DNA of 64,000 nt from Thainema sp. GTDB taxonomy: Bacteria > Cyanobacteriota > Cyanobacteriia > Phormidesmidales > Phormidesmidaceae. Shown piece after piece: positions 61,034 through 64,000 of the stretch. The notes below the pieces were generated by a model. It worked only from the letters and a program-made list of their open reading frames with translations. It had not been told where the DNA came from and ran no database searches. Where the stretch lies: NCBI GenBank assembly GCA_052168235.1, contig JBQLZK010000014.1, positions 32,001 to 96,000 on the forward strand, in the 5' to 3' direction. The translations under genes were made by a program, and so were the position numbers. Numbering within the stretch: position 1 is the stretch's first letter; the number at the start of each line of letters is the position of its first letter.

Positions 61034-61391
61034 AAACGTTTGAAAATCAAGTGTGGAAACGGAATTTAGAGGAGCAGGTTCAGTTAGAAATTAGTTACAA
61101 CCGCTGTTGGGTTGCGAACTACTACCCGCTTTTAGAACCTCTCCTCCTCTAGACTGATTCAGAATCCGGTAGCAAAATCTCAAAATAATTTTTGTGAATG
61201 GTGTGTAGCACATACTGTTCACCCAAAATTTAGATCCAGTTTTGCTCACAGATTCAGCAATCATCTTTCACCATTTATTTAGCTTTCAATAGCTTCCATC
61301 GCTTCGCTAAAAAGTTGTTATTGATTTGGCAGATGCCCATTTGGGTTTACCCTGCTTTATTTTTAAGCCCCTTACACCTGATCTTGATGCT

Positions 61392-62348
61392 ATGCGAACC
61401 GCTCAAACATCTACAGATTTAGTCCGGACTTATCTGAAAGAAATCGGACGCGTTCCGCTCTTGACCCATGAGCAGGAAATTCTCTACGGCAAACAGGTTC
61501 AGCGATTGATGACCGTTGAAAGGGTCAAAGAGCAGCTGACTGAGCAGCTAGACCAGTCCCCTAATCTCCAGACCTGGGCAGAAGCCGCCAAGCTCTCTGT
61601 TGATGAATTGGAGCGCATCGTTGCTGAGGGCGAGATCGCCAAGCGCAAGATGGTTGAGGCAAATTTGCGTCTAGTTGTGTCTGTGGCGAAAAAATATATC
61701 AAGCGCAATGTTGATTTGCTTGATCTGATTCAAGAGGGCACAATCGGTATGCAGCGTGGTGTTGAAAAGTTCGATCCCACTAAGGGCTATCGCTTTTCTA
61801 CCTATGCTTACTGGTGGATTCGCCAAGCAATCACTCGTGCGATCGCAGAAAAGAGCCGCACGATTCGATTGCCGATTCACATCACCGAAAAACTCAACAA
61901 GATCAAGAAAGCTCAGCGGCAGTTGTCACAAAAGTACGGTCGGGCCGCTACAGTTGCCGAGTTAGCTGAAGAGTTGGATCTGACAACCAAGCAGGTGCGC
62001 GATTACCTGTCCCAATCTCGCCAGCCGCTGTCTCTCGATCTGCGAGTCGGCGATAATCAAGATACGGAACTGGGCGATCTGCTGGAAGATGATGGCATGT
62101 CTCCCGAAGAGTTTGCTACTCAATCGTCTCTGCGGGCTGATCTGGAAAATCTAATCGCCGAGCTTACACCTCAGCAGCAAGAAGTGCTGCGGCTACGCTT
62201 TGGTCTAGATGATGGCAGCACAATGACGCTGGCTAAAATTGGCGACCGACTCAGCATCAGTCGTGAGCGCGTTCGCCAAATTGAACGCGAGGCATTAACT
62301 AAGCTACGCAAGCGCAAAGCAGATATGCGAGCTTATCTAGCTAGCTAG
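61392..62348 (+). CDS. sigD: Group 2 RNA polymerase sigma factor, SigD-like (ATG 61392)
   Basis: [56 protein letters not shown]. Confidence 0.85.
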   Translation: MRTAQTSTDLVRTYLKEIGRVPLLTHEQEILYGKQVQRLMTVERVKEQLTEQLDQSPNLQTWAEAAKLSVDELERIVAEGEIAKRKMVEANLRLVVSVAKKYIKRNVDLLDLIQEGTIGMQRGVEKFDPTKGYRFSTYAYWWIRQAITRAIAEKSRTIRLPIHITEKLNKIKKAQRQLSQKYGRAATVAELAEELDLTTKQVRDYLSQSRQPLSLDLRVGDNQDTELGDLLEDDGMSPEEFATQSSLRADLENLIAELTPQQQEVLRLRFGLDDGSTMTLAKIGDRLSISRERVRQIEREALTKLRKRKADMRAYLAS

Positions 62349-62367
62349 TTCATTCTCCAACCCAACA

Positions 62368-62399
62368 GAAAAAAGGCTGGTCGTGACCAGCCTTTTTTC
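62368..62399. terminator. Bidirectional intrinsic terminator
   Basis: GAAAAAAGGCTGGTC-GT-GACCAGCCTTTTTTC between convergent genes. Confidence 0.85.
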
Positions 62400-62414
62400 C
62401 TGTTTAAACTGCAC

Positions 62415-63122
62415 CTATGAGGAGTAAGCTTTCACTCGCTGCTGTTGTTGGCGAACTGAATGTACTCGGCCAATCCCTTTGTAGAAGTAGATACAGGCGG
62501 TCATCAGTGCAATGAATAGATAGAAGCCGCGAACGCACCAGCCAACGAGATCAAATAGTAAACTGACAGTTTTCGACTCCATGCCGCTAATCTCGACTAC
62601 CTCTCGATTAAGGCGCTGTTCAGAACTGGCCAAGTCTTGAATTGAGCGGGCATCAGTGGGTAGCAGCGGAACTTTAATGGTGTACAGGAAGTAGCCCAGC
62701 GCTCCCCCCTGATCCATCTCAGCCTGAAGTAGATCGTTGGTTGTACTACGCGCTTCCGCAACGGAGATCTGCCCTTCTGACGCCACCTGCCTTACCCAAT
62801 AGTGATGCCGCGTCATGTAGCCAGCGCTGATTACAATCGGGATCAAAATCACCAGCGCGATCGCACCCCAGCGCTGTCGCAACCGATTGGGCAGAAACAC
62901 GGTTGCAACCCCAACACCAAAACCCAAGATGGCAAAAATCAAGAAATTACAGATTTCAACCACCTCAATACTTTGCAGCAGTCCACCCAGAATTGGAATG
63001 CTGTAAACGTAAACTTCACCCAAAAACGTCAATAAAATCTTCAGCAGGATCGAAATCGCAGCCACAAATAGGGTTGCGATCGCAAATTGGCTGATGCGTT
63101 GGTTGATTGTTTTGCTTGCCAT
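62415..63122 (-). CDS. Hypothetical membrane protein
   Basis: About four TM helices. Confidence 0.7.
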   Translation of the reverse strand: MASKTINQRISQFAIATLFVAAISILLKILLTFLGEVYVYSIPILGGLLQSIEVVEICNFLIFAILGFGVGVATVFLPNRLRQRWGAIALVILIPIVISAGYMTRHHYWVRQVASEGQISVAEARSTTNDLLQAEMDQGGALGYFLYTIKVPLLPTDARSIQDLASSEQRLNREVVEISGMESKTVSLLFDLVGWCVRGFYLFIALMTACIYFYKGIGRVHSVRQQQQRVKAYSS

Positions 63123-63282
63123 ACCCGTCGCTCACGTCACGTTCCACTCTTATGTGCCATTTATAGTAAGAGCAAATTTGCAAGATGGCGACGCTCTCAG
63201 CCAAAATTCGTGATTTTTAATCTTGATCGTAAGGGCGAATGGCCATTCGCCCCTACCAAACGTGTGAATTGCGGACACAACT

Positions 63283-64000
63283 CTATGCTGTCTTGACGCT
63301 GGGATCAGCCAGTACTTGCCGCAGCGCCTCCAGCAGCAGCACCACATTTTCACGGCGGCTGTTATACCCCATCAGGCCAATCCGCCAAACCTGACCCGCT
63401 AGTTCTCCTAAACCGCCGCCGATCTCGATGTTGTAATCCATCAGTAACTTGCGACCGACAGCTTTACCGTCGATTCCGGCAGGAATCCGCACAGTAGTTA
63501 GCGTTGGCAGGCGAGTTGCCTCATCAACATGACAAGCCAACCCCATGTCGGCTAAACCATCCCAGAGCAACTTGGCATTGGCCCGATGCCGTTCCCAGCG
63601 AGCGTCTAAACCTTCTTCCGCAATCAGGCGCAACGCTTCCCGCATCGCATAGTTCATATTGACCGGAGCCGTGTGGTGATAAACGCGATCGCGACCCCAG
63701 TATTTATTCAGCAGGTTGATGTCTAAATACCAATTCGAAATTGGTGTGCGACGACGCATTACTTTTTCCATCGCCCGTGGGCCGAGGGTGAGGGGCGAAA
63801 TTCCCGGCGGTGCGCTCAGCCCCTTTTGACCACAGCTATAGGCCAAATCTACGCCCCAAGCATCGAGAAACAGCGGCACGCCGCCCAAACTGGTCACGGT
63901 GTCCAGCAGCAGCAGACAGTCAAACTCACGGCAGAGATCACCAACCCCTTCTAGTGGTTGCCGCGCCCCGGTCGAAGTCTCAGCGTGAACCAGACACAGT
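63283..64000 (-). CDS. Class V alanine-glyoxylate/serine-pyruvate aminotransferase, 5' truncated by the window end
   Basis: [44 protein letters not shown]. Confidence 0.93.
   Translation of the reverse strand, partial: LCLVHAETSTGARQPLEGVGDLCREFDCLLLLDTVTSLGGVPLFLDAWGVDLAYSCGQKGLSAPPGISPLTLGPRAMEKVMRRRTPISNWYLDINLLNKYWGRDRVYHHTAPVNMNYAMREALRLIAEEGLDARWERHRANAKLLWDGLADMGLACHVDEATRLPTLTTVRIPAGIDGKAVGRKLLMDYNIEIGGGLGELAGQVWRIGLMGYNSRRENVVLLLEALRQVLADPSVKTA

Noticed and set aside
1..64000. High density of GCGATCGC
   Set aside because: This is the well-known cyanobacterial HIP1 octamer, so it is not novel

Overview
This 64 kb window is from a cyanobacterial chromosome, probably a filamentous Leptolyngbya-like taxon: HIP1 (GCGATCGC, usually TGCGATCGCA) is very abundant, and psbP, psb32, an SLH porin and a SigD-like sigma factor are present. 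Core genes (thrC, maf, mnmE, infC, a HelY-like helicase, an aminotransferase) alternate with accessory modules. These are an HtxB/PhnD-like reduced-phosphorus ABC transporter fragment plus a porin, an HTH-STAND (NB-ARC) protein divergent from two paralogous RTX genes that share an upstream motif, JmjC plus TPR genes, an NTT/MFS-HEAT plus cNMP pair, two S8 proteases, a GIY-YIG islet and a persulfide-detoxification operon with a palindromic operator. Intergenic DNA is crowded with several families of miniature inverted-repeat elements, one with clear 8-bp target-site duplications and two with hairpin-less variants. It also carries REP-like GTAG palindromes and tandem-repeat-flanked elements. I found no rRNA, tRNA, CRISPR array or transposase. 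Family assignments rest on motif recognition only; no searches were run.
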